A stretch of DNA of 64,000 bases, from contig JAWWAY010000007.1 of NCBI GenBank assembly GCA_033721235.1, forward strand, positions 60,731-124,730, written 5' to 3'. Below are positions 1-9,317 of this stretch, piece by piece (within the stretch, counting starts at the first letter, position 1; each line of letters opens with the position of its first letter). The DNA is from Pseudohongiellaceae bacterium. Lineage in GTDB: Bacteria > Pseudomonadota > Gammaproteobacteria > Pseudomonadales > Pseudohongiellaceae. The notes under the pieces are model-generated. The model ran no database searches, was not told the DNA's origin, and saw only the letters and a list, made by a program, of their open reading frames with translations. Position numbers and translations under genes: made by a program.

Positions 1-112
1 CATGCTTTGGCTTCTTCTAAAAAAGATTGGTCGCGCTCATTTTACTTAAATTTTATGAACTGTACATGAATCTTACCGATAGGATGTGAACTTAAGCGCA
101 TCCATGAAACGC

Positions 113-493
113 TCAGATGGCATCGAAGGCGGCGGGTATCCATTGGATAGCCAATTGTGAAGAGCTTGATGTTGGACAAATGCCTACTACATCGAAGCGA
201 CAGTTAAAGCGTCGTTGTTTGGGGTGTTTAAGTAAGTAGTGTTGAGCGGCATGAATAAGCTTGCGCTTTTTGTTTGGGGTGATGCTCTCGATGGCTGAAC
301 CGTGGGCTGGAGACTTGCGATATCTAACTTCTACAAAAACAAGGTTCTCGCCATCGCGCATGACTAGATCGATTTCGCCCGCCTTGCACAGATAGTTTCT
401 CTCAAGCAGGGAGAGCCCCTTATTGAGTAGGTATTGCTCTGCAAGTTGCTCTTGCTGCTGACCGAATAGGCGAGGTGGTATTTCTTGAGGCAT
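113..493 (-). CDS. yraN: YraN family (UPF0102) putative endonuclease
   Basis: 126-aa ORF with the GEIDLV...VFVEVRYR core typical of UPF0102. It lies directly downstream of lpoA, as in enterics and pseudomonads. Confidence 0.85.
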   Translation of the reverse strand: MPQEIPPRLFGQQQEQLAEQYLLNKGLSLLERNYLCKAGEIDLVMRDGENLVFVEVRYRKSPAHGSAIESITPNKKRKLIHAAQHYLLKHPKQRRFNCRFDVVGICPTSSSSQLAIQWIPAAFDAI

Positions 494-542
494 GCTAAGG
501 GGACTCGTGTTATAGGCTTACTACGAGCTTAGCAGCGATTCT

Positions 543-2393
543 CTATGGCGCTAGTGCTATGGCTTCACCGTTTTCAATTACAGCATTTTGCAATGAGCGG
601 TGAATGCGGCCTTCGCTTCCCATGCTGAGAGTACCTGTTGCCCCTTTTAAAGTGACATAAGGGAACTGTTGCATCTGCTCTAGGCGCAAATAGAGGCGGT
701 AACTGTCTATTCCCATGGCGCGTAATCTTTTCACTGGTCCACTCGCAGCAGCCCATGTTTGCGTAACGCTATTTTTTAGAGGGTCAGTATCGGTGAGAAT
801 CCACGGTGCGTCACTGAATATGACGCCGTTTAAATCCCTATTGGCCGCAGGGTTGGTTCCGCCATCGTAAATTCCAGGCATGGCGTATACAGGCACTTCA
901 CCGGCAAAGTGAAAAGACAGAGTCGGTTTTATTTGCCGGCCTTCTATCGGGTTGGCGAGCAGGAATATGAAATCCAAATCTTGGCGTCGGCGAGGCATGA
1001 ACTCTACATTTTGGCGTGGCAGAATTTCAATGAGTGACTGTGCCCTTTGTTCGCTCTTATCGATATTAAAGATTCGTTTAATAACAGGGGAGAAGTCCCT
1101 TGAATTGCTATAGGTGTCGACGGATACAATTCTGCCGCCCAGGCTTTGCCAGTAATTGACGAAGGTGTCTTGGATTCTGAGGTAATCCTCTCCGGCGGGG
1201 GTTAGTACCGCAGCATTTCGATGTTGAGACTGCCACGCGGTATTGGCGGCCTGGATAATTTCGTCTTCGGGGGCGAGTCCAAATTGATAGAGGTCGCGTG
1301 GAGATGCCTGACCAAGATCGCCATAGTTAAGAGCTAGTGTAGGCACGGGCATTGGTCTGCTTGAGCGCAATATGCGGCGCACACCGCTTTTTTGTAATGG
1401 CCCAATAATAAAGTCAATGCCGTCGTCTACTGCTTGATCGTATAAGACGAGAGCCTCAGGCGCATAACTGGTGTCGTAAATTTTAACCTGAGGAACATCA
1501 TCGCCTTGTGCTAAAGCATCATAGTAGGCGCTCAGGAAGCCCTCCATGATGGCTTTCCCTAGTGGCTCCTGGACAGGGATGACCAATGCGATTTCTTGCG
1601 GGCGTTCATCCCATATTGTGTACAAGATAGACAAGGCATCGGGAAGGCTTTCAGCCGCGCTATGCTGAGTCCAAGTATTACGCCAATTATTAAGTGCGTT
1701 AATTTGCCGTTTGATGCTGATTTGATTCGCATTCATGATTCGGGCTAGCTCTAACCAGCCTCTTAGCTCATAGGAGTCGGCAGTATTGCTTGCTTGGCTT
1801 AGGCTAGCTTCAGAGCTATAGGATAGAAGTTCCCATATCTTATTCTGGTTGTTCGTTTGTTCTTCACTGTTTAGTAAATCGGCTAATTCAATTCTTTCTC
1901 TCACCGCGACAATATATTGCTCAGAAAGCGCGTAGGAGTCTGCACGAAGGCTGCGCGCCTGGCTAAGAAGCTGAGGTGAGAGTTCAGTTGTATTGTCTTC
2001 CAAAAGCAGTTCGATGCTTTGTCTTGCTAGGTCGGGCTGATCGAGTGCTAATGAGGCTTCGGCCGACATTAGCTCAAGCCTTGCTCTTAGCTCTGGGTCG
2101 AGAGAGCGCAGATTAGGAATATTATTCACGGTCGATAAGGCTTGCTCGGGCACATTGTTATCGAGCATTAAGCGCGCAACTTCTAGGTAGATAGTCGCTG
2201 CTTGTTCTGGGGCCATTGTTTTTGCTTGTTCTAGCAAGCTCTCTATATCGCCGGATAAAAGGTTCTCGCTACTGTCACTTTGGGTGCTATCGCTCGTTTC
2301 AATGCCTGTTCCAGAGCAAGCTGCCAGCATGAGGCTTGCTAGCGTTAGGGCGGCAAAACGAAATTTAAGAACTGGGAACAGAGTCGAGCGCAT
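543..2393 (-). CDS. lpoA: Penicillin-binding protein activator LpoA (outer-membrane lipoprotein)
   Basis: 616-aa ORF with a lipoprotein signal and lipobox (LMLAAC|SG). It has a helical TPR-like N-terminal half and a periplasmic-binding-protein-like C-terminal half. It is divergent from rsmI, the conserved arrangement. Confidence 0.85.
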   Translation of the reverse strand: MRSTLFPVLKFRFAALTLASLMLAACSGTGIETSDSTQSDSSENLLSGDIESLLEQAKTMAPEQAATIYLEVARLMLDNNVPEQALSTVNNIPNLRSLDPELRARLELMSAEASLALDQPDLARQSIELLLEDNTTELSPQLLSQARSLRADSYALSEQYIVAVRERIELADLLNSEEQTNNQNKIWELLSYSSEASLSQASNTADSYELRGWLELARIMNANQISIKRQINALNNWRNTWTQHSAAESLPDALSILYTIWDERPQEIALVIPVQEPLGKAIMEGFLSAYYDALAQGDDVPQVKIYDTSYAPEALVLYDQAVDDGIDFIIGPLQKSGVRRILRSSRPMPVPTLALNYGDLGQASPRDLYQFGLAPEDEIIQAANTAWQSQHRNAAVLTPAGEDYLRIQDTFVNYWQSLGGRIVSVDTYSNSRDFSPVIKRIFNIDKSEQRAQSLIEILPRQNVEFMPRRRQDLDFIFLLANPIEGRQIKPTLSFHFAGEVPVYAMPGIYDGGTNPAANRDLNGVIFSDAPWILTDTDPLKNSVTQTWAAASGPVKRLRAMGIDSYRLYLRLEQMQQFPYVTLKGATGTLSMGSEGRIHRSLQNAVIENGEAIALAP

Positions 2394-2548
2394 GGTGGCT
2401 GTGTCGATCTTGGTTGAGGAGATTGTTTAAAATGAGTTGGAAGCTTATTACAGTTGCCATGTATGGGCAATAAGCGCTTGTACATCCTGCTGCAAGAGCC
2501 GTGTATACTGCGCACCTCGTCCTAGTGCTTTTGCGGAGCGTAGCCTTA

Positions 2549-3403
2549 ATGTCAAATGAAGTCGTAACTACTGCCAGCCTCTATATTGTTGCCACACCGA
2601 TAGGTAACTTGGGCGATATGACATCGCGGGCCATCGAAGTGCTTAAGAATGTAGATCTCATTGCGGCCGAAGATACCCGGCATAGCGCAAGGTTGCTGCA
2701 GCATTTCGGCATTGGGACGCAAATGCGTGCCTATCATGATTTTAGTGACGATGCTCGAGTAGAGAGCTTGCTGGAGAAGGTGCAATCTGGGCGCTCGGTG
2801 GCGTTGATTAGCGATGCCGGCACTCCGCTAATTTCAGACCCGGGTTATCGTTTGGTCGTCAGGGCTCGTGAGCTTGGGATTGGGGTGGTTCCGATTCCTG
2901 GAGCAAGTGCTTTAACGGCAGCAATCAGCGTCGCTGGTATGCCTAGTGATCGCTTCGTGTTTGAGGGTTTTCCGAATGCTAAGAGTGTTTCTCGTATAAA
3001 ACAGTTCGAAGCGCTGGGAGCGGAGAGTCGCTCTATTATCTTCTATGAATCGCCACATCGAATTTTAGAGAGCCTGGCTGATATGCAAAAGGTGTTTGGT
3101 GGTGAGCGCAAAGTGTCTATTTGCCGCGAACTGACAAAGACTTTCGAAACTGTCTTTACCGACAGTTTCGACAAAGTCATTGAGTGGATGCAGGCAGACG
3201 CCAATCAGCAGCGAGGAGAGTTTGTAGTGATTGTCGCGGGCCTGCCCAAGGCTGAAGAGGAGGGCCTGGATGAGGAGTCCTTGCGGATCTTAACTATTCT
3301 CCTCGAAGAGTTTTCTGTCAAACAGGCCTCAGCTCTAGCGGCAAGAATTACGGGGCTAAAGAAAAACTTTCTCTATCAAAAAGCCTTAGAGCTTGCCAGC
3401 TAA
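2549..3403 (+). CDS. rsmI: 16S rRNA (cytidine1402-2'-O)-methyltransferase RsmI
   Basis: Tetrapyrrole-methylase-fold motifs (LYIVATPIGNLGDMT, AAEDTRHS, SDAGTPLISDPG). The ORF track starts at GTG 2501, but ATG 2549 (MSNEVV...) gives the usual N-terminus. Confidence 0.9.
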   Translation: MSNEVVTTASLYIVATPIGNLGDMTSRAIEVLKNVDLIAAEDTRHSARLLQHFGIGTQMRAYHDFSDDARVESLLEKVQSGRSVALISDAGTPLISDPGYRLVVRARELGIGVVPIPGASALTAAISVAGMPSDRFVFEGFPNAKSVSRIKQFEALGAESRSIIFYESPHRILESLADMQKVFGGERKVSICRELTKTFETVFTDSFDKVIEWMQADANQQRGEFVVIVAGLPKAEEEGLDEESLRILTILLEEFSVKQASALAARITGLKKNFLYQKALELAS

Positions 3404-3753
3404 GGTTTACGTACCCACTGACCTGGGCTTGACTCGACGTAGTGCCCCGACTTCGTGTTTTCTACCGCTCGCGCGAAAGCTAGCTTTACCACTTCGCTTA
3501 CCGGAATATTGTTTTCGCGCGCTATTTGTTGGTAGCGTTGCTGGCGCCTAGCGTTAATGTCTTCAACAAGGGCAACTATTGATGCGGCTGGGTTTGCCTG
3601 AACGTAGCCAATATAGCCGTCTTGCTTTTCGCCAATAAGCCCTGCTGCCTTTGCATCATCCAGGGCGTCCGCGTGAGCTGATAGGGCCGTAAGGCTACAA
3701 AGGATAAAGGCAATTGATAGAAGCTGCTGTATTACTTTGTGAGTGTTTCTCAT
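3400..3753 (-). CDS. ydbL: YdbL family (DUF1318) periplasmic protein
   Basis: 117 aa with a signal peptide and the G.IGE...GY(I/L) ... INARR...Y..IA motif of DUF1318. It is the last gene of a ydbH-ynbE-ydbL operon. Confidence 0.8.
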   Translation of the reverse strand: MRNTHKVIQQLLSIAFILCSLTALSAHADALDDAKAAGLIGEKQDGYIGYVQANPAASIVALVEDINARRQQRYQQIARENNIPVSEVVKLAFARAVENTKSGHYVESSPGQWVRKP

Positions 3754-3768
3754 TAAACGTCTCTCCGC

Positions 3769-3993
3769 TTAAAACAGGTCGCTGTCTGAGCTAAAAATAT
3801 CGTCTAGCTCTTTTTCAACTTTGACTCTAATTTCATGTTCAATTTTTACGTTCAAATTAATTGTAATGGGCTCATTTGGCATGGCGACCTGTACCGTTGG
3901 GGTGCAGGCATTAAGTGCTGCTATTACGAGCAGGCCGGCGCATAAGGCTCTTGTGCAATAGCGCTGTTTATTTTTAAGCATGTCATTCACCAT
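3769..3993 (-). CDS. ynbE: YnbE family lipoprotein
   Basis: Small ORF with lipobox (ALNAC|TP) and the conserved PITINLNVKIEHEI core. It sits between ydbH and ydbL. An alternative start is at M5 (3981). Confidence 0.75.
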   Translation of the reverse strand: MVNDMLKNKQRYCTRALCAGLLVIAALNACTPTVQVAMPNEPITINLNVKIEHEIRVKVEKELDDIFSSDSDLF

Positions 3994-4055
3994 TAGGCTG
4001 ACGCGTATTCATGATATTAATCACTATATCAGAGAAGCCTGAACTTGAACTGAAT

Positions 4056-6674
4056 TTATTGCGAATTTCTAAGCTGTTTTTCAACCGCTTCATTGATGTT
4101 TCTACCCGCTTGCAGGCTTCTCAGTAGTGCGGGAACATTGTCGGTAATGTTTAGGTTTAGATTGATTCTTTGACCATTGTTCATGTCTGGGTTTTTACCC
4201 TGTAGTGTTACACCCAGTACTAGTTCGCCATCGTCCCTGTAGCTTAAGCCTGCCTGTAAGAAGTCGTACTGATAGTTGCTTAAGGCCTCATTCACAAAAT
4301 CAAGGCTCGCATTATTGCTAGGACTTCCCGAGGCCGTGTATTTAATGCTTCCTCCAGGTTGGAGCGCTGAGAGCTGGCCGTTAGCGACTTGAATAGTATT
4401 ATTTCTAAGCGTCAAGGGTATTGCGCCACTGACAGTTCCAGTGGCTTTGACTGCTTCATAAGCACTAAGCTCCATTATTTTGGCAAGGTCAATACGCTCA
4501 ACATCGAGCGTAAACGCAGAGTCTGGCTGGGTCCAATTGTATTCAAAATCTTGGCTTTTTATCTGTCCCCCAAATATCGAGCCGCGTATATCGCTTAGTG
4601 TAATTGTCGTTTGGCCTTGGTCAATGCGATATTCAGCAGCGATATTTTCTATAGGTATTCCTGGATCCAGGCGCGCCAGCGTCAGCTCTGCCGAATCCGG
4701 CATAGAGAGGCTAGGCCCGTTCATTATGCGCAGATGCGTACTGGTAGACAGGTCGACGAATCCTGTCTCTGCGATAAAACCGCTTAGCCTCTTTATGCTT
4801 ACCGTGCCGTCTCCATTGTATTGCCATTGAGAGTCTTCTTGGTGCCAAGCAAGCGTGAAGGCCGAATCTATATTGCCTGCAATAAAGTGACTCTGTGTGT
4901 TGCTCAATTGCTCGAGCCATTCACGCCTGAGCGAGGGCAGGGAGAGGTCCAAAGGGGTCTGTGTGATCCTCGCTTCACCCCGTGTAGTGTCAAGGTCGTG
5001 TTGAATAGTAAAGTCGGCGAATACTTCATCACCAAAGAGTGCGTGTCCTGTGCCGGTGAGTTGACCGGAACCATAAGCGACTTGGCTATCGATGTCGGGC
5101 AGGCTAAAGTCGAGGCCAGAGATCTGTAGCTCGTGCAGTAGAGCCTGGGCTTGAACGAGGCTTTGTTTCGGCAGCTCTAGCTGTAATTCGCCTTGGATAT
5201 TACTGAGCGATAAGTTGCCGCTAAAAACCGTATCGTCGACTGAGGCTTGAGTGAAGTTAAGATCGATACCCGCCTGCTCAATTTTCGTTTTCGTTAACGC
5301 TTCGATTGTGAGTGTTAGTGTCTCAGTGAGTTGCGCCGTGAAAGCGCTAATATGAGCGGCAGCGCTATGAATGCTCTCGCTTCGCAGCTCTGCGTGAGCA
5401 ATATTGAGTGTGAGGCTTTCGTCGTTGCCGGCCAATTCAAACTCGCTGAGTAGTCTGCTGTCTTCGATCAAGGTCTCTTGTAGCTCTATGCGTTCGCTTT
5501 CCACTACGAGCTGGCCAGAAGCGTCGCACTGCCAATTGAGGGTGCAGCGAGTGTGGAGCTGTTGTAGAAGGATATTGGCGTTGATGGTGCCAAGCTCGCT
5601 GGAATAGTCGGTGGCAATATTGCCGCTGGACCAGTTTAAGGCGAGACCGGAATCCGAGTCGAACGTGAACTGCACTGGGCTTGGCTGCTGCGCGCCTGAA
5701 AAGTAGACGTTGCCGTAATGACTCTCATATTGCCATTGTGCTGATGCGTCATTTCTAAGCTGCGCAGAGGCTTGGATGTTTGGGCTCGTATTGAAGCCGC
5801 CTACTGCCAGTTCTAGATCCATAGCCCCGCCTAAATTGATCGATTCTGAAGGAAACAGATCGAGCGCTGTGAGTAGGAGGGATATTTGCTCCAAATCTAG
5901 GTTTGCTTGTGCCTCTAAAACTTCTAAGTGTTCGTGGAGTGTGACCTCCGCTGTAATGACTGCGATGTCGTCTTGGCTCATGGCCAAACTTGCTGTGTAA
6001 CTACCGGAGTTGAAATTCTCTGCCTCAAGTAGGCCGTTGTCGACAAAAAAGCTTGATGTGTAATTTTCATTATGCCAGTTGATGTCGGCTGAGGCCTTGG
6101 TGTCGAAATGACTCAAGCTAAGGCTTGCAGATCGCGGAGTTAATTCCAGTGCCATGGCTGCGGAGTCAATCCACGGTGATATTGTCAGGTGTTGTATGTT
6201 GATAAGGCTTAAAGGCGGTGTAATCAGTGAGCTCGGTGATGGGAGGGCGAACTGATCACTTTGCACTGTGGAAGTTTGAGCCTTTGATAGTTGCCAAAAA
6301 CTGGGCTCCGTGGAGAGCTCACCGATAATTAGCTGGCCTAAAGTACCGTCTATTAGAGAGGAGAGGGAATAGCTTAGGCTTAGCTGGTCAATCCTCGCGC
6401 TGGATTGATTGTTCTGATTAACGATGACAATGCTCTTGATTCTAAGCTGGGACAAGCCAAGCTGGAAAGAGTCGATGGTACTCACGCTAAGGCCTAAGGG
6501 GGCTAGGAGATGATTGCTTACTACTTGTGTAAGTGGGCGCAAAAGTACCCAGCAAATTGCTAGTAGGATGGCCGAGAAGCCAAGCAGCAAGACTAAGAGT
6601 TTTGTAAACCTTTTGATTAGCCTCATCGATAACGCCTTTTGTTTTGCAATGTCCTTTGCTGAGGAGTGTGCCAC
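4056..6674 (-). CDS. ydbH: AsmA-like intermembrane phospholipid-transport protein YdbH
   Basis: 872-aa ORF with one N-terminal TM helix and a long beta-rich Ser/Leu/Gln-rich body. The operon context with ynbE/ydbL supports the call. It starts at GTG 6674, with an alternative ATG at 6626. Confidence 0.8.
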   Translation of the reverse strand: MAHSSAKDIAKQKALSMRLIKRFTKLLVLLLGFSAILLAICWVLLRPLTQVVSNHLLAPLGLSVSTIDSFQLGLSQLRIKSIVIVNQNNQSSARIDQLSLSYSLSSLIDGTLGQLIIGELSTEPSFWQLSKAQTSTVQSDQFALPSPSSLITPPLSLINIQHLTISPWIDSAAMALELTPRSASLSLSHFDTKASADINWHNENYTSSFFVDNGLLEAENFNSGSYTASLAMSQDDIAVITAEVTLHEHLEVLEAQANLDLEQISLLLTALDLFPSESINLGGAMDLELAVGGFNTSPNIQASAQLRNDASAQWQYESHYGNVYFSGAQQPSPVQFTFDSDSGLALNWSSGNIATDYSSELGTINANILLQQLHTRCTLNWQCDASGQLVVESERIELQETLIEDSRLLSEFELAGNDESLTLNIAHAELRSESIHSAAAHISAFTAQLTETLTLTIEALTKTKIEQAGIDLNFTQASVDDTVFSGNLSLSNIQGELQLELPKQSLVQAQALLHELQISGLDFSLPDIDSQVAYGSGQLTGTGHALFGDEVFADFTIQHDLDTTRGEARITQTPLDLSLPSLRREWLEQLSNTQSHFIAGNIDSAFTLAWHQEDSQWQYNGDGTVSIKRLSGFIAETGFVDLSTSTHLRIMNGPSLSMPDSAELTLARLDPGIPIENIAAEYRIDQGQTTITLSDIRGSIFGGQIKSQDFEYNWTQPDSAFTLDVERIDLAKIMELSAYEAVKATGTVSGAIPLTLRNNTIQVANGQLSALQPGGSIKYTASGSPSNNASLDFVNEALSNYQYDFLQAGLSYRDDGELVLGVTLQGKNPDMNNGQRINLNLNITDNVPALLRSLQAGRNINEAVEKQLRNSQ

Positions 6675-6763
6675 ATGGTCAGTCAGCTTAATAGCGATGA
6701 GCAGGGACTATTGCAATGGTGAAAAGAGCTTGTATAAAACCATGGAGTGGCTTACTCTGCGCC

Positions 6764-7145
<382 letters not shown>

Positions 7146-7320
7146 TTTTTTTCCTACAAAACCCCGTAAATTCCGCTAAAAATCGCCGTACTTAAGAAAC
7201 TACATTAAGTAGCTTTTGTAGCGGCCTGATATTGCTCTCAAAGGCGTCGTCTTGCTGTAGCTAAATGACGTAACTACCCGATTTATATAAGCATTTTTGT
7301 CAAAAATCCCTAAATAGTGC

Positions 7321-7349
7321 TTGCGCTAGGGCACTGCTGTGCATATAGT
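7321..7349 (+). promoter_or_regulatory. Candidate sigma70 dcw promoter (Pmra): TTGCGC-17 nt-TATAGT
   Basis: The -35 TTGCGC lies at 7321-7326 and the -10 TATAGT at 7344-7349, with a 17-nt spacer. It is about 125 nt upstream of mraZ, immediately before the phased repeat boxes. Confidence 0.4.
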
Positions 7350-7391
7350 GTCGAAAAGTGGCGGAAAGTGGAATTTAATGTGTGATTGTGG
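7345..7391 (+). promoter_or_regulatory. Phased direct repeats (AAAGTGG-like boxes, 10-bp period): candidate MraZ operator
   Basis: Boxes ATAGTGT (7345), AAAGTGG (7355), AAAGTGG (7365), a weak box at 7375 and ATTGTGG (7385) are spaced exactly 10 bp apart. They overlap or follow the -10 element. Confidence 0.5.
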
Positions 7392-7475
7392 AGTTTTTAG
7401 ACAGCTCCGACCCATATAGTGGTAATCACCCAGCGCTTCCAGCCATAACCTTAGCCGGCAATTTAGGAAAAAACA

Positions 7476-7928
7476 GTGTTTCAAGGCCTGATTAAAGTCA
7501 ATTTGGATGCGAAAGGTCGCATGGCTATGCCTATGCGCTATCGCAAGCCTTTGACTGAAGAATCTGATGGCAAAGTCGTTGTCACTATCGATCCAACGTC
7601 TAAATGCCTGTGCCTGTATCCCTCGGAAGCTTGGGAGAAGACGAAGAAGCAAGTCGAGAGCCTACCTAATAAACCGGACATCAAGAGATTTAAAAGGCTA
7701 TTCCTTGGTTATGCTTTTGATTTTGAGCTAGATGGCAGTGGTCGCATGTTGCTGCCGCAAGAGCTGCGCGACTATGCCGGATTGGATAAGCAGTTGTATC
7801 TGGCGGGTATGGGAAGTAAGGCGGAAATTTGGAGCGAAGAAAACTGGAAAGCCGAGCATGATGCTTGGGATGACATTGTAGAATCCGGCGTCGAAATGTC
7901 GCCTGAATTACTAAACGTATCGTTCTAG
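7476..7928 (+). CDS. mraZ: Transcriptional regulator MraZ
   Basis: 150 aa with a GTG start and two SpoVT/AbrB-like halves carrying the DxKGR / DGSGR motifs (LDAKGRMAMP, LDGSGRMLLP). It is the first gene of the dcw cluster. Confidence 0.95.
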   Translation: MFQGLIKVNLDAKGRMAMPMRYRKPLTEESDGKVVVTIDPTSKCLCLYPSEAWEKTKKQVESLPNKPDIKRFKRLFLGYAFDFELDGSGRMLLPQELRDYAGLDKQLYLAGMGSKAEIWSEENWKAEHDAWDDIVESGVEMSPELLNVSF

Positions 7929-7974
7929 AAGTGTCTGTAGTTTAGCAGTCACTTAACGCTTCAAGGAAAAATCA

Positions 7975-8910
7975 ATGTCCGAGCATTTGCATCACGAAAC
8001 AGTCCTATTGGATGCAGCCGTAGACGCCTTAGTCATTGATGAAGACGGTTTCTATGTCGATTGTACTTTTGGGCGTGGTGGGCATTCTCGAAAAATTCTA
8101 GAGCGTTTGAGTGATAAGGGGCGCTTGTTAGCGATTGACAAGGACCCAGAAGCGATTGCGGTTGGCAGGCAGTTGCAAGCTGAAGATACTCGTTTCGAAA
8201 TTGTTCAAGGTTCGTTTGCTCAGTTAACAGATTTTCTAAGCGAGCGTTCTGTGGTGGCTAAGGTGAGTGGTGTATTGCTCGATCTAGGTGTCTCTTCTCC
8301 GCAGTTGGATGAGGCAAGTAGAGGGTTTAGCTTCACACACGATGGGCCTCTAGATATGCGCATGAATCCAGAAGAGGGGCTTAGTGCTGCTCAGTGGATT
8401 GCCGAGGCCGAGGAAAAAGAAATTGCGGACGTGATTTATCGCTATGGTGAAGAGCGTTTCTCTAGGCGAATGGCTAAAGCAATAGTGCTTAAGCGTCAGG
8501 AAGCGCCTATTACGACCACATTGCAATTGGCAGAGATAGTTAAAGAGGCAAACCCTGCTTGGGAAAAACATAAGCATCCTGCAACAAGAGCGTTTCAAGG
8601 GATTCGAATCTTTATCAATAAAGAGTTGCAAGACTTAGAAGACGTGCTCTCTCAGTCTCTGGATGTGTTGTCGATAGGTGCTCGGCTTGTTGTGATTAGT
8701 TTTCACTCACTGGAAGACAGAATTGTTAAGCAGTTTATTAATAAACAAGCAAAAGGTGATGATTTTCCGGCGGGGGTCCCCGTGCAGTATGCCGACTTGA
8801 ATCCGCGGCTGAAGAAGATTGGAAAAATGATAAAGGCGAGCCCTGGCGAGGTGGAGCATAACCCCAGGGCAAGAAGCGCTGTCATGAGGGTGGCGCAGAA
8901 AACAGCTTAA
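7975..8910 (+). CDS. rsmH: 16S rRNA (cytosine1402-N4)-methyltransferase RsmH
   Basis: 311 aa with HETVLL..., [20 protein letters not shown] and [11 protein letters not shown] motifs. Confidence 0.95.
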   Translation: MSEHLHHETVLLDAAVDALVIDEDGFYVDCTFGRGGHSRKILERLSDKGRLLAIDKDPEAIAVGRQLQAEDTRFEIVQGSFAQLTDFLSERSVVAKVSGVLLDLGVSSPQLDEASRGFSFTHDGPLDMRMNPEEGLSAAQWIAEAEEKEIADVIYRYGEERFSRRMAKAIVLKRQEAPITTTLQLAEIVKEANPAWEKHKHPATRAFQGIRIFINKELQDLEDVLSQSLDVLSIGARLVVISFHSLEDRIVKQFINKQAKGDDFPAGVPVQYADLNPRLKKIGKMIKASPGEVEHNPRARSAVMRVAQKTA

Positions 8911-8954
8911 TAAGGAACCGATTCAACACTGACAACCAATAAGATGCCCAATTT

Positions 8955-9317
8955 ATGAGAGCACAATCAAGCAAGAACAAAGCAAGCTTTCAATCTCGCG
9001 GGCTTGCGCGCAAAGAACAGCCGGTAATGGCCTGGGCAGCGCTTCTCTCGCCAAAACTGATGATGCTGTGCTTTCTTCTAGGGTGTGTATTGGTTAGTGG
9101 TTTGTCAGTGATATATGTGACGTTCCAGAATAGAACTTACTTAAATGAACTACAGCAGTTAAAGAATGAACGCAATGCTCTTCAGGTACAGTGGGGACAG
9201 CTGCGGATTGAACAGAGTACTTTTAGTTTAGAAGGGCGCATTGAGCGCAAAGCAGTCGACGAATTACAAATGCAAGTGCCAGAATTTTCAGAGCTAGTGA
9301 TGGTGCGCTATGAGTGA
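8955..9317 (+). CDS. ftsL: Cell division protein FtsL
   Basis: Small bitopic protein with one TM helix followed by a leucine-zipper-like coiled coil. It sits between rsmH and ftsI. The start is uncertain, with an in-frame ATG also at 9027. Confidence 0.8.
   Translation: MRAQSSKNKASFQSRGLARKEQPVMAWAALLSPKLMMLCFLLGCVLVSGLSVIYVTFQNRTYLNELQQLKNERNALQVQWGQLRIEQSTFSLEGRIERKAVDELQMQVPEFSELVMVRYE

Noticed and set aside
1-112. Possible gene downstream of yraN. CAT at 1-3 would be an ATG on the minus strand.
   Set aside because: Only a start codon at the very window edge is visible, and the short internal minus-strand ORFs terminate after 5-10 codons. Nothing here can be supported.
4389-6000. Several 67-116-aa plus-strand ORFs inside ydbH
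   Set aside because: They are antisense to a long, well-supported CDS, are low-complexity and have no RBS. They are typical shadow ORFs.
7326-7652. 108-aa minus-strand ORF across the dcw promoter and the mraZ 5' end
   Set aside because: It is antisense to mraZ and to the promoter/operator region. It has no RBS and no recognisable protein features.
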